This document shows positions 9,445-19,200 of a stretch of 64,000 nucleotides of DNA, piece by piece. Source of the DNA: a virus; the IMG/VR virus record IMGVR_UViG_3300048592_000229, positions 4,385 through 68,384 of that record, one strand, 5' to 3'. Made by a program: the position numbers and the translations under genes. The notes below the pieces were generated by a model that did no database searches, had not been told where the DNA came from, and saw only the letters and a program-made list of their open reading frames with translations. Each line of letters begins with the position of its first letter. Position 1 is the stretch's first letter.

Positions 9445-10113
9445 ATGCCGGTCTACTCCGACAACCCGCCGCTGTGCGTCGTTCACATGCCGAAGTGTGG
9501 CGGCACGTGGGTATCGTCCATACTCCGCACGCACTGCGCGGCGCGAGAACTGAACGGACACCAGTGGGCGCGCGACGTGACGGCGGCTGAACTGACCGGC
9601 GGGGTTGCGCGACGGTGCGAGCACTGCGGCCACGTCCCGGCACGCAAGATGATCGGGCTGCTCCGCGACCCCGCCGACTGGTACGCATCGCTGTGGGCGC
9701 ACGCCTTGCGCCGGCAGCCGCTGCGGCTCGCTGAGATTGGCGGCGGCAGCGTCAACTTCGCGGACGTGCTGCGCGTGTGGACGACGCCCGATGCGCTGTC
9801 GTGCGTGCGCAACCCGATGGCGTTCGTGGACACGCCGGCTGCAAGCGGACCCGGCGGTCTGTGGTCACACGCCATGCGCTGGTGGTACGCTGACGCCGAT
9901 GGGAACTGGCTGTCGACGTGGTGGCTGTGGGCTGGCCGGCTGCGAGCTGACCTGTCGGAATTGATCGGCGTGGCGTTGCCGGTGCATAGCTACCCGGCCG
10001 AGAACGTCGGCAAGTACATGGTGACGTGGACGGACGAAATGCGCGCGATGGTGCGCGAAGCAGACGGCGACAACTACGCGGAGAGGATGGCGACATGGAC
10101 AACGCAGAAGTGA
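9445..10113 (+). CDS. sulfotransferase-like protein (paralog of 6705..7298)
   Basis: VVHMPKCGGT, LRDPADWYASLW; shared C-terminal MRxxVxxADG. Confidence 0.75.
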   Translation: MPVYSDNPPLCVVHMPKCGGTWVSSILRTHCAARELNGHQWARDVTAAELTGGVARRCEHCGHVPARKMIGLLRDPADWYASLWAHALRRQPLRLAEIGGGSVNFADVLRVWTTPDALSCVRNPMAFVDTPAASGPGGLWSHAMRWWYADADGNWLSTWWLWAGRLRADLSELIGVALPVHSYPAENVGKYMVTWTDEMRAMVREADGDNYAERMATWTTQK

Positions 10114-10325
10114 CCGAAATGAGCCGCGCGGAAGTGATGGCGGCGGCCGACTTGGCTCTGCGCGTGTTGACCGACGTTCCGGTCCGCGACGACAGCCGCG
10201 AGGAAGTAGTTACGATGTGCAAGGCGGCCTGCAAGCTGCTGACAGTGGTGTTCGAGAACGCGGCGCATCCGGTGTCGGTGGTGATTCCGGCCGAAGCGTA
10301 CCAGACGCCGAATGAGCCGCAGTGA
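10095..10325 (+). CDS. hypothetical protein upstream of terminase
   Basis: GAGG RBS; helical 76-aa ORF. Confidence 0.5.
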   Translation: MDNAEVTEMSRAEVMAAADLALRVLTDVPVRDDSREEVVTMCKAACKLLTVVFENAAHPVSVVIPAEAYQTPNEPQ

Positions 10326-10328
10326 CCC

Positions 10329-12701
10329 ATGGTTGCCGAAGGCCGTGAAATCGTCTACAGCCTGAGTGATGCTCAGTACGACTTTCTCGCCAGCGAGAAG
10401 AAGCTGGTCGGTTTCATCGGGGCTATCGGGAGCGGGAAGGCCCAGCCGGTTGATTGCCCGGTGCTAACGCCGATGGGATGGTGCCCAATCGGCATGATTC
10501 GGCCCGGCGACAAGGTGATAGGCCAGAGCGGTGATCCGGTCAGCGTCGTCAGCGTTCACCCGCAAGGCGTGCGCGCCGTTTATCGAATCACGTTCGCCGA
10601 CTACACATCAACGCGCTGTTGCGGAGAGCACATCTGGCGTCTGTTCAGTTGGGACAGCGGGAAGTGGGAGTTGCTGGACACGATGACCGTGCGCCAGCGG
10701 ATGCAAGTTGAAGATGAGCGGCTGTACCTGCCTGAAATCGGCGTCCCGATCAGCTACGACGATGAAGCGATTGACGATAGTTGCAATCGCTACGTGATTG
10801 ACGTGGAGCCGGCTGGTGAGGCCGAGTGCGTTTGCATTGCCGTGGATTCCCCGGACGGCCTTTACGTCACAGAGAACCACATTGTCACGCACAACACCTG
10901 GATTCTCGCCCGATGGATAGCAGAGATGGTCATGTGCTACCCCGGTAGCATCGGCTTGATCGGTGCGAACACCTACAAGCAGCTTGCGCAATCGACGCTG
11001 CCGCACATCTTCGCGGCGCTGTACGACATTGGCTTGCAGCACGGTCGCGACTTCGTGTGGAACCGCACGCCGTCATTCGGCTACCGCAGCAAGTTCCCTC
11101 CGGCCGAGCACGATGGCATTCTGTCGTTCGCCAACGGTACGCAGATCGTCACGCGAACGCTGGACAACTACGAGGCGATTCGCGGCATCGAGATTGATTG
11201 GGCCGGGCTGGACGAAACGCGCGACACCGCCCGCGAGGCGTTCGACGTGGTGATGGGCCGTATGCGCGGAAAGATCGGTCCGCACCGCATGCGCGTGGTT
11301 ACTTCGCCGGCCGGATTCAACTGGCTGCACGCGGTATTCGTGGAGGAAGTTGACGCCGACAACGAGCGGCCGGAGAACGAAAAGAAGGGGCTGGCTCGGC
11401 AACGCGAATACTTCAACGCAAGCATCTACGACAACCGCCAGAACCTGCCGGAAGGCTACATCGAAAGCCTTGAAGCGCAGTATGACGAAGTGTTCGCGCT
11501 ACAGGAATTGCACGGCAAGTGGGTGAGCGTCGGAAGCGGCCGGGCGTACATCTTCGAGCGTGCGGCGCACACGTTCCGCAGCGGATACTACGAGGCGCAC
11601 GACTCGCTCTATCTGACGTGCGACTTCAACACGGGTGGCGAATCCCCGCAGTGCTGGATCGTGGCGCAGCACGACCGCGACGGGATTCTGCGCGCGATAG
11701 ACGAGATTGTGCTGAAGTCGCCCGGACCCGGCATGAGCATCACGGAGACGGCCGCGCGCGTCTTCCTTGACCGCTACGGCAAGCATCAAGGGTTTGTCGA
11801 GGTGTTCGGCGACTACTACGGCAGCAGCCGGGCCACGAATGCCGCGCTGACCGACTACCAGTTGATTGCGCGCATCCTGCGGCCGACGTTCGGCACACGG
11901 CTCGCCATGCGCGTCAGGGCCGACGATCCGAACAGCGAAGGCGGCAACCCGCGCGTGATTCTGCGCGTCAGCCAGGTCAACGCGCTGTTCCGCAACGTCC
12001 ACGGCGAAAGCCGCTGTGCGATCAGCGACCGATGCGTTACGCTGATCCGCGACTTTGACGGGGTGACGTGGAAAGAGTATGGCGTGATAGACAAGCGGGA
12101 CAAGAGCCTCACACACGCATGCTTCCCGGCTGGCCAAATGGTCGATACCACTAGCGGGCCGAAGCCGATAGAACATATAACGGCTGGTGATGAACTGGTG
12201 TCGCCTGACGGTGAGCCGTCTGTGGTGCTGGGAGCGGGTTGCACCGGGTTGCGCCCGCTCGTCCGGGTGACACTGGAAGACGGGCGAACAATCACATGCA
12301 CGCCTGACCATCCCTTCGCCGTCCCGGGCGACGGGTGGCGACGGGCGGATCAGATGCAGGGAGTCGCGACGTGTTCAAGACCGGCGCAAAGGCTGGTCGG
12401 CGGAATCCGTAGCACGCCTGTTGAGCGGCGGCGTATTGCTCCAGAAGTTGCCGAACAAGGGCCATGCATCGTCAGCGTCGAGAGCGTAGAGCCTGACTTC
12501 GTGTACTCGCTCGCGACGACCGCTGGCACGTACTTCGTCAACGGGACGCTCGTTTCAAACTGCGACGCGTGGGGGTACTTAGTGCATTCAGTAGCAGGGC
12601 GGAAAATCAGGGACCGCAAAGACGTGCCACGCATCGGGCAAGCGCACGTCGGAGCGGATGGCAGGCCGATCATGGACGGATACAAGCCTGAGAGGCCATA
12701 G
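10329..12701 (+). CDS. terL: terminase large subunit containing two inteins
   Basis: Walker A GAIGSGK|T, IRGIE, Walker B AGLDETR, TSP, nuclease CDFN, and TH(A)|CDAWGY after intein removal (~491 aa mature). Confidence 0.93.
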   Translation: MVAEGREIVYSLSDAQYDFLASEKKLVGFIGAIGSGKAQPVDCPVLTPMGWCPIGMIRPGDKVIGQSGDPVSVVSVHPQGVRAVYRITFADYTSTRCCGEHIWRLFSWDSGKWELLDTMTVRQRMQVEDERLYLPEIGVPISYDDEAIDDSCNRYVIDVEPAGEAECVCIAVDSPDGLYVTENHIVTHNTWILARWIAEMVMCYPGSIGLIGANTYKQLAQSTLPHIFAALYDIGLQHGRDFVWNRTPSFGYRSKFPPAEHDGILSFANGTQIVTRTLDNYEAIRGIEIDWAGLDETRDTAREAFDVVMGRMRGKIGPHRMRVVTSPAGFNWLHAVFVEEVDADNERPENEKKGLARQREYFNASIYDNRQNLPEGYIESLEAQYDEVFALQELHGKWVSVGSGRAYIFERAAHTFRSGYYEAHDSLYLTCDFNTGGESPQCWIVAQHDRDGILRAIDEIVLKSPGPGMSITETAARVFLDRYGKHQGFVEVFGDYYGSSRATNAALTDYQLIARILRPTFGTRLAMRVRADDPNSEGGNPRVILRVSQVNALFRNVHGESRCAISDRCVTLIRDFDGVTWKEYGVIDKRDKSLTHACFPAGQMVDTTSGPKPIEHITAGDELVSPDGEPSVVLGAGCTGLRPLVRVTLEDGRTITCTPDHPFAVPGDGWRRADQMQGVATCSRPAQRLVGGIRSTPVERRRIAPEVAEQGPCIVSVESVEPDFVYSLATTAGTYFVNGTLVSNCDAWGYLVHSVAGRKIRDRKDVPRIGQAHVGADGRPIMDGYKPERP
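10440..10895 (+). mobile_element. class 3-type mini-intein (152 aa) in the terminase P-loop
   Basis: Starts AQP, block B EHIW, block F ECVCIAV, ends VTHN before T; no homing endonuclease. Confidence 0.88.
12120..12560 (+). mobile_element. class 1 mini-intein (147 aa) in the terminase nuclease domain
   Basis: Starts CFPAGQMV, block B TPDHPF, block F VYSL, ends LVSN before C. Confidence 0.88.
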
Positions 12702-12712
12702 GAGACGAGCGG

Positions 12713-13138
12713 ATGAACGTGATCCCATTGGGCGAAAGGTTGATTGTGCGGCGGAACGAAGCGGCGACCCACACGCCGGGCGGGCTGGCGTTGCCGAGTC
12801 GGGCGCAGGATCGGCCGCAGAGTGGCGTGGTGCTGGCGGTCGGACCCGGCCGACTATCGGCGGCGCAGAAGCTGTCACGTCTGTCGCAGGCGGCGCGTGC
12901 GCTGCTGGATGCGCTGAAGCGCAACCAGAACGATCAGCAGCCAAGCGTTGTCGCCGAATTCGAGGCGGTAGAGGCCGCGCTGAACGCCACGGCGACACCG
13001 ATGCGCATCAAGCCCGGCGATACCGTCATGTTCGGCAAGTTCGCCGGCAACGAAATCGTGGTGGACGGCGAAAAGGTGCTCATGCTGGCCGAAGGCGACG
13101 TGCTGGCCATCGTGGAGCCTGCGGAGGTGACGACGTGA
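12713..13138 (+). CDS. groES: co-chaperonin GroES with a long insertion
   Basis: PLGERLIV, TPGGLALP, GVVLAVGPG, IKPGDTVMFGKFAGNE, EGDVLAIVE. Confidence 0.9.
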   Translation: MNVIPLGERLIVRRNEAATHTPGGLALPSRAQDRPQSGVVLAVGPGRLSAAQKLSRLSQAARALLDALKRNQNDQQPSVVAEFEAVEAALNATATPMRIKPGDTVMFGKFAGNEIVVDGEKVLMLAEGDVLAIVEPAEVTT

Positions 13139-13446
13139 ACGTTCCATCAATACTGCGCAGGAAGCCGGCTGGTCCAGAACATCACGCGCTGATGGCCGGG
13201 GATATGATCGGGGCGCGGCTGGTCGTTGCTATGTTCTTCGATGCGCTTGCCAGAGACAACGGCAAGCTGACCGAATCGCGACACGTCGGCGATGCGTGTG
13301 TGGAGGTGCATAACGCACTGGTCAACGCGAAGGCATTGAACGGGCGGCCGATGTTCACGGCTCCCGAGATTCTTGCGGCGATGGACGCGCTCGCGGTGAA
13401 CGGTTGGTCAGAGTTCGGGCTGGTTGACGAGGGGGTGCCGGAATGA
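13135..13446 (+). CDS. hypothetical protein
   Basis: GGAGG RBS, GTGA coupling. Confidence 0.55.
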   Translation: MNVPSILRRKPAGPEHHALMAGDMIGARLVVAMFFDALARDNGKLTESRHVGDACVEVHNALVNAKALNGRPMFTAPEILAAMDALAVNGWSEFGLVDEGVPE

Positions 13447-13868
13447 CCGACCACCCCGCATACGCCAAGCCGCACCCGTTCCCGGCGCACGGCGCGGATT
13501 CATTCTATGCCGGCGCGCTACTGGATATTCTGTCGGATGGAACGGTCGCGCCGCTGTGCGCGAATCCTGACGGCGTATTCATCGGCATGTGCGCGACAAG
13601 CATCAACGCCAAGCCCGGCGATTCTGTCAACGTGCATGTGGCAAACGGTGAATCCGTTGTGCTGCCGCGCAGTATTGCCGACGCACGTCCGCAGGACGTT
13701 GGCAAGGCGGTCTGGTGTACGAGCGACAACATCGAGGACGCCAGCATTGCCTACACGGACGGCGCGCGGCGCATCGGGCTGCTCTCTGTCCCAATGAACA
13801 TGGCGGTACTCTACGTGGACGGCGACCCGAAGCGCGCCGGCCTGATTCCTACGCAGGGGGTGCAATGA
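13443..13868 (+). CDS. capsid cement/decoration-like protein (paralog of the 24075 N-terminus)
   Basis: FYAGALL...VAPL...FIGMCA...VGKAVWCTSDN...IG matches 24075..25019. Confidence 0.65.
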   Translation: MTDHPAYAKPHPFPAHGADSFYAGALLDILSDGTVAPLCANPDGVFIGMCATSINAKPGDSVNVHVANGESVVLPRSIADARPQDVGKAVWCTSDNIEDASIAYTDGARRIGLLSVPMNMAVLYVDGDPKRAGLIPTQGVQ

Positions 13869-14107
13869 AAACAACGCGAATTGAAATCGTCGTATTCACC
13901 GGCACCGAGACCGCGTGCCGCAGTCTGATCAAGAACCACAAGCGCGGAGTCCCGGTAACGGACGGGGTTGGCGGCGGCGTGATCGGCAGTGTCGCAATCC
14001 TTCGGCATGATAAGCTGGACGGCCGCAGCGTGGTTCTGGCAACGGTGGATATCGACAACGTTCCGCCGCAGCCATACCGTTCAATCGAAGTCGAGGGGGT
14101 GCAATGA
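13865..14107 (+). CDS. small protein resembling a degenerate prohead-protease fragment
   Basis: Ends PYRSIEV, compare LPYRSVEI in the protease; coupled ATGA junctions. Confidence 0.5.
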   Translation: MKTTRIEIVVFTGTETACRSLIKNHKRGVPVTDGVGGGVIGSVAILRHDKLDGRSVVLATVDIDNVPPQPYRSIEVEGVQ

Positions 14108-14448
14108 AAACCACCATTGACCGTGCCGACGTGCCCCGCATGGCTATGCTGCCGGGCCGCGTGATGATCGACCTGACGGAGCGCAGCCGCGTGCCGGAAG
14201 CGCATCGCCACTGGTACGTTACGCCGCAATCGGACGCGACACGCCGGCAGGTAGAGCGGCAGGGGACGATACTTGCAATCGGGCCGGACTGTCGCGATGA
14301 TATCCGCGTTGGGGACTGGTGCTGGTTCCTTCTGGCAATGAACGACCTGGACCGTGGTCATTGCGAGGGGGAAGAACTGCACGTCAGCGATGGTGGCATG
14401 CTGATCGTGCTGGATGACGTGCAGGTTGTGGCCGTGCGCAGGCAGTAG
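14104..14448 (+). CDS. divergent GroES-like protein
   Basis: LPGRVMI...GTILAIGPDCRDDIRVGD...IVLDDVQVVAV. Confidence 0.6.
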   Translation: MKTTIDRADVPRMAMLPGRVMIDLTERSRVPEAHRHWYVTPQSDATRRQVERQGTILAIGPDCRDDIRVGDWCWFLLAMNDLDRGHCEGEELHVSDGGMLIVLDDVQVVAVRRQ

Positions 14449-14467
14449 TGGAGTCAGGCAAAGGGGG

Positions 14468-15970
14468 TTGATCGCCTACAAAAGCCCGGTTTCCCCGAGC
14501 GAAAATCTGACGCGGCGTGACCCATCCGGCACACCGCGTCGAGTGGCATTCTACCGCCGCACGCGGCCCGACCTTGACAACGTGCGGTCGCAGCTATTCG
14601 CGCACAAGCTGTGGCTGGACCCCGACGACTATGCGGCATCGCGCGACCCGAAGGTGTTGCGGAAGATGTTCCGCGACTCCACGATCCAGATGGCGGCGCA
14701 GTTCCGCCTCTCGCGCGTGGCGGGTGCTGAATGGTTCCTGGACTCCAAGGTACGCGACAGCCGGCCGCTGATTCCGCACCTTGAGCACCTGATGAACATG
14801 ATCCCGAACTTCGCGCAGAGCCGCATGGCGCTGGCGAACGGGATCTTCGAGGGGCGGTCGTGGCTGAAGATGTACAGCGGGCGGAAGCGGTTCCGCATGC
14901 CGGGCGACACGCAAGAGCGCGTCTGGTGGTATCCGGCGATGCTCGGGCATATCAGCGCTGGCCAGATCATCCGTGGCGTCGAGCAAGTGCGGGAAGCCGA
15001 CAGCGACGGCCTGGTTGAGAAGCAGCGGTACTATTGGGCCACGATGGACCCGACCAGCCCCGGCGCGCCGTGGCTGCGCGTCGAGGATGACCAGCTTGCC
15101 AGCTACGTCCGGCTGCACTACCACGACGACGCGCTGACCTACGGCTACGGCACGCCGCTGACGGACGCTTTGTACCAGACGTGGTACGCGAAAACGCACC
15201 TGTGGGAGATGATGCTGCGCCACGCCGACCGCTACGGCACGCCGCAGATCGTGGCGACGATGCGCGCCGATGCCACGACCGGCGTCAACATGGGCGAAGA
15301 CCTGCAATCGCAGTCGGCCCGGCGCGCGCAGCTAGTGGCGGATATCGAGAAGCAACGCGCCGGCAACGTGATCGCGCTGGACGACGCCGAGAAGATCGAG
15401 GTGTTCAGCACGCGCGGCGAGGATTCGTCTGGACTCCGCGCGCTGCTGGAATACTGCAACGAGGAACTGACGCGCACCATTCTGGCGTCGTCCATGCCGT
15501 TCGGCGGCGGTGGCGATGCTGGCAGCTACGCCCGTGCGCAGACAGAGCGCAGCAGCACCGACGACTTGCTGGCGTTCGACCGCACCATCATGGGCGAGTC
15601 GTTGCAGTCGCTGGTGGTGATGTGCTTCGAGATGAACCGGCAGAACTTCGCGCACATGCAGGACGGCACCGGCCGGTTCCTGCACACGATGGGCGATATC
15701 CTGCCGACCATCGGACTGCGCTCGCCGGATAGCGGCGTGAGCGTCGAGAACGTCGAGCGGGCGCTGACAATGGGCCTGCCGGTTCGTCGTCAGGATGCGT
15801 ACAAGGCGCTCGGCCTGACCATGCCGGACGAAGACGACGACGTGATCCAGCCGCCCGGATTCGGCGGCGGTGGTGGCCCGCCCGGCATGGGTGGCCCAGC
15901 AACCGACGTGTTCGGCGGACCCGCACCGGGGGCGAATAGCACGGTTACAGCAGACGGGGTGATGCAATGA
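14468..15970 (+). CDS. portal protein (Mu gp29/DUF935-like)
   Basis: YGTPL..LY..WYAK, ADRYGTP, LLEYCNEELTRTIL, GSYARAQT; position after terL; TTG start is uncertain. Confidence 0.85.
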   Translation: MIAYKSPVSPSENLTRRDPSGTPRRVAFYRRTRPDLDNVRSQLFAHKLWLDPDDYAASRDPKVLRKMFRDSTIQMAAQFRLSRVAGAEWFLDSKVRDSRPLIPHLEHLMNMIPNFAQSRMALANGIFEGRSWLKMYSGRKRFRMPGDTQERVWWYPAMLGHISAGQIIRGVEQVREADSDGLVEKQRYYWATMDPTSPGAPWLRVEDDQLASYVRLHYHDDALTYGYGTPLTDALYQTWYAKTHLWEMMLRHADRYGTPQIVATMRADATTGVNMGEDLQSQSARRAQLVADIEKQRAGNVIALDDAEKIEVFSTRGEDSSGLRALLEYCNEELTRTILASSMPFGGGGDAGSYARAQTERSSTDDLLAFDRTIMGESLQSLVVMCFEMNRQNFAHMQDGTGRFLHTMGDILPTIGLRSPDSGVSVENVERALTMGLPVRRQDAYKALGLTMPDEDDDVIQPPGFGGGGGPPGMGGPATDVFGGPAPGANSTVTADGVMQ

Positions 15971-16209
15971 GCACCGTCTGGACACACCTGTTTGCCTGCG
16001 GTCACGCGATTCTGGCCGATTGCGTCCAGTGGGCGGCGCACAGCGGGCTACTGTGTCCGGCGTGTGCCGAGAACGTGGTGGAGTCGGCGCTGGTGGCCGT
16101 GCGGAACCGGAGACGTGGCTACAAGGTGGAAGTGCTGACCGCCGACCGTCCGCTGGTCTGGAACGGTCCGCAATTCGTTGGCTACTGGCCGGAGAACCGT
16201 GATGCCTGA
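15967..16209 (+). CDS. small zinc-binding hypothetical protein
   Basis: CGH...CPAC; ATGA coupling to portal. Confidence 0.55.
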   Translation: MSTVWTHLFACGHAILADCVQWAAHSGLLCPACAENVVESALVAVRNRRRGYKVEVLTADRPLVWNGPQFVGYWPENRDA

Positions 16210-19200
16210 TCCGCGCCTGTCGCGTCCACCGTTGCCGCCCGGCGTCACTTGGCGGCCGGGATTGCCGCCGGGCGTCAAGCCGGTTGATCAGCGATTCCCC
16301 GCCGTGCGTGCGCCACGCATGCCGCGCAAGGGCCAGCGAAACCTGCTGACCACGCTGGAATCGCTGCCGCCCGGTACGCGCGTGCGCGTGACGAACATCC
16401 TGCGGCGCGGCGGACAGCGTGGTGGACCCGGTGCGAAAGCCGCGTTCAACTTCATCATCGGCGCGCGGCCGACGTGGACGAACAAGACCGGCCGTTCCGG
16501 CTGGGCCAAGCCCGGTCAAGTCGAGCGGTACGGGCTGAAGCTGATCCGCGACGAAGACCGGGGCGGTGCGCCGCGTCTGCTGAATACTCAGAGTATGGTG
16601 CGCGTGGACGTGCTCGGCGACGATGGCGAGTCGTCACAGACCTACCGCCGCAAGCGTGGCAGTCACAACGCGGTGCCGGTCAGCGAGCGTCGGTATGCGC
16701 GTGACGCCGCACGTCGCACGCAAGGTGCGAATCAATCACTGTTCTACCCGCGCGGGCAAGGCCCGCAGGACACCGGAGACGAAGCCGTGCAGCCGATCAA
16801 ACACTGGCGCGGTAACCGTGGCGCTGAAAACTTCCGCCGTTGGCTGAACGTGCGCGCATCGCGCCCGTGGTCGCCTGTGCGCCCGAAGGACGTGGAAGCA
16901 CCGCCCGGCGAGGCGTACAACGAGGATGCCCGCACGGCGGTTCACTTCGCCGATGACGACGGCATGCGCGGGCTGTACATCTGTATCGACCTGGACGAGT
17001 GGAACGCCAAGCGATACCGCGAGAAGAAACCGGAAGACGACAGCCCGCCACACATCACGGTCCTGTACATGGGCAAGCAGTCGAGCGCGACGGCAGATGC
17101 GGTGGCCGAGAAGGTGTCGGCCGCGTTGAACGAAGTGGCGCAGTTCGGCGTTGAGGGTATCGGCCGTGACGTTTTCGAGAAGTGCGAGGACGGCAAGGAT
17201 GCGGTGTACACGCCGGTCCACGGCGAGGAACTACATGCACTTCGCCGGACGATCCAGTCGGCGGCGCGGTCCGCTGGCGCTGTGTGGTCCGATACGCACC
17301 CGATCTACAAGCCGCACGTCACCATAAAGTACGTCGAGCACGGAACCGGAATGGACGTGGAGCCGGTGGACAACTGGTATCAGACAGTGGACAAGGTGGC
17401 GATTCGCCACGGCGACCGGCTCGTGTCAACCGCCCCGCTTGGCAAGCCGCGCGCCAAGTTCTCGGAGTCGGTCCACTTCTCCAATCCCGTCGGCGCGGAG
17501 TCGGCCGGCGCAAACACCGTCAGCCAGTTCCGCCGCGACATTCACGGAAAGCGCCGTCGTGGCGTGTCTGGCCCGTCAGTGGCGCAGCGGTTCGCGGCGA
17601 TGTTCTCGGCGGCTCCACGGTCGCGCATGCTGCCGGGTACGTCTGGCGCTGGCCAGTTCGTGCGCGAGCGCGTGCCGGGCCAGTACCGCGCGAATGTGCT
17701 GCGCTCGATGCGCGTTGCGAGCACAACGGCACCGGAGCAGGCGTTCAGCATCCTTCGGCCAGACGAGTTGGCGACGCCATACGACAGCGACAATAGCGGG
17801 CAGAACAGGGTTATCGACTCACGGTCACGGCTGACTCACGCCGTTCCGACAGGCGGACGCAATCTTGATCCGTATGGCGAAAGCCAGTCGCATGGCTTGA
17901 GTCGCGATACTCCAATTGGGACGGGCGCTCTGTCAAACAGGATCAGGGCTGCAATCCCGCGCCCAGAACACCCGGACGACCCCTATGATCCGCGCGGTGT
18001 AGCTCATAGAAACCTGAGCCACCAAGCCCTCACGGGGTCACTTGGTAGTCCGACCACACCAGCCGACATTGAGGCTAGCGGCATCCGGTATCTCGGCAAT
18101 GATTCATCTGGCGCGGATTCAGAGTTGCGAGTGATGCGAAGGCGGCACGGTGCGCCAGAAGCAAGCGAGATGCGATCCCTTCCAAGGGCAGGGCAAAACT
18201 CGATGGACAACCTGCGAGAGTTGCTGGCTCGGAATGAGATGATCCGCCCAACGTCGCTGGCGAATATGATTCGTGCGGCACGCATGCTCGGCGACGTTGC
18301 TGGGTCGCCTGTAGGTGCGGTGCGCGGCGCTCGCCGGTTGCGTAGAGAGAATCCGCTGGCCCGTGCTGGCATTCAGCGGTTCGCTACGGTGCAGGTAGGC
18401 GACCAGCCGGTTGAGGTGCCCGACACGCTGGCCAACCGGCTCGGCGTTGTGCCGGTTCCCGCAGTGGGCATCACGCCGACCGGCGGCATCACGCAGCCGC
18501 GCCAGCCGGAGCGCATGGACGGCCAGCGGTTCGCGCTGAAGGACATTCCGGGCTGGGACACGAGCGACACGCTCTCGCCGATCAACGAGGAAGAGCGGCG
18601 CATCACGGGACTGCGCGGGTTGACCGGCCAGCAGCGGAAGGCGGCTAGCCGTGGAGAGCGAGTGGATACGAGCGGTCGCCGAACAGGCGCACGCGGAGGG
18701 CTGCTGCCCAAGAGTCCTACATCGGAAGGTGAGTGGCCAGCGAACGGAGACCCTCGCGATGACGCCGTCGCCATGAATGGTCAGGTGTCACGGCGTATCA
18801 AGAACTACCACATCGCGACAGATGGAGAGTCCGGCGGGGTTGAAGCAGCGAATATCGCCGATGCACTTGAGCGGTTCGGGCTACCAGCCAAGGTGCGGTC
18901 GCGGAGAAATTTCCACCGCTGGCTCGATCAGGCTGGCGGTTTCGGGCGAATTGAAGAATTGTCTCGCGGGTCGGCGGTGGTGCCAATGACCCCCGCTCGT
19001 CTGCGAATGGCCATCGAAGCGCAGTCCGGAATCGGCCGCATTTCGCGCCTTGAACGCCAGCCGCGCGAAGCGGCTATGCGCCGGGGTCTGCCCGGACTGC
19101 CAGCAGGTGGCCAGCGCAGCAACTTCTCGCAAGCGCAGCAATTCGCGCGAACCCGAAGCGGCACGCACGGCATGACGACCACCGGCCTGTTGCCGGGACC

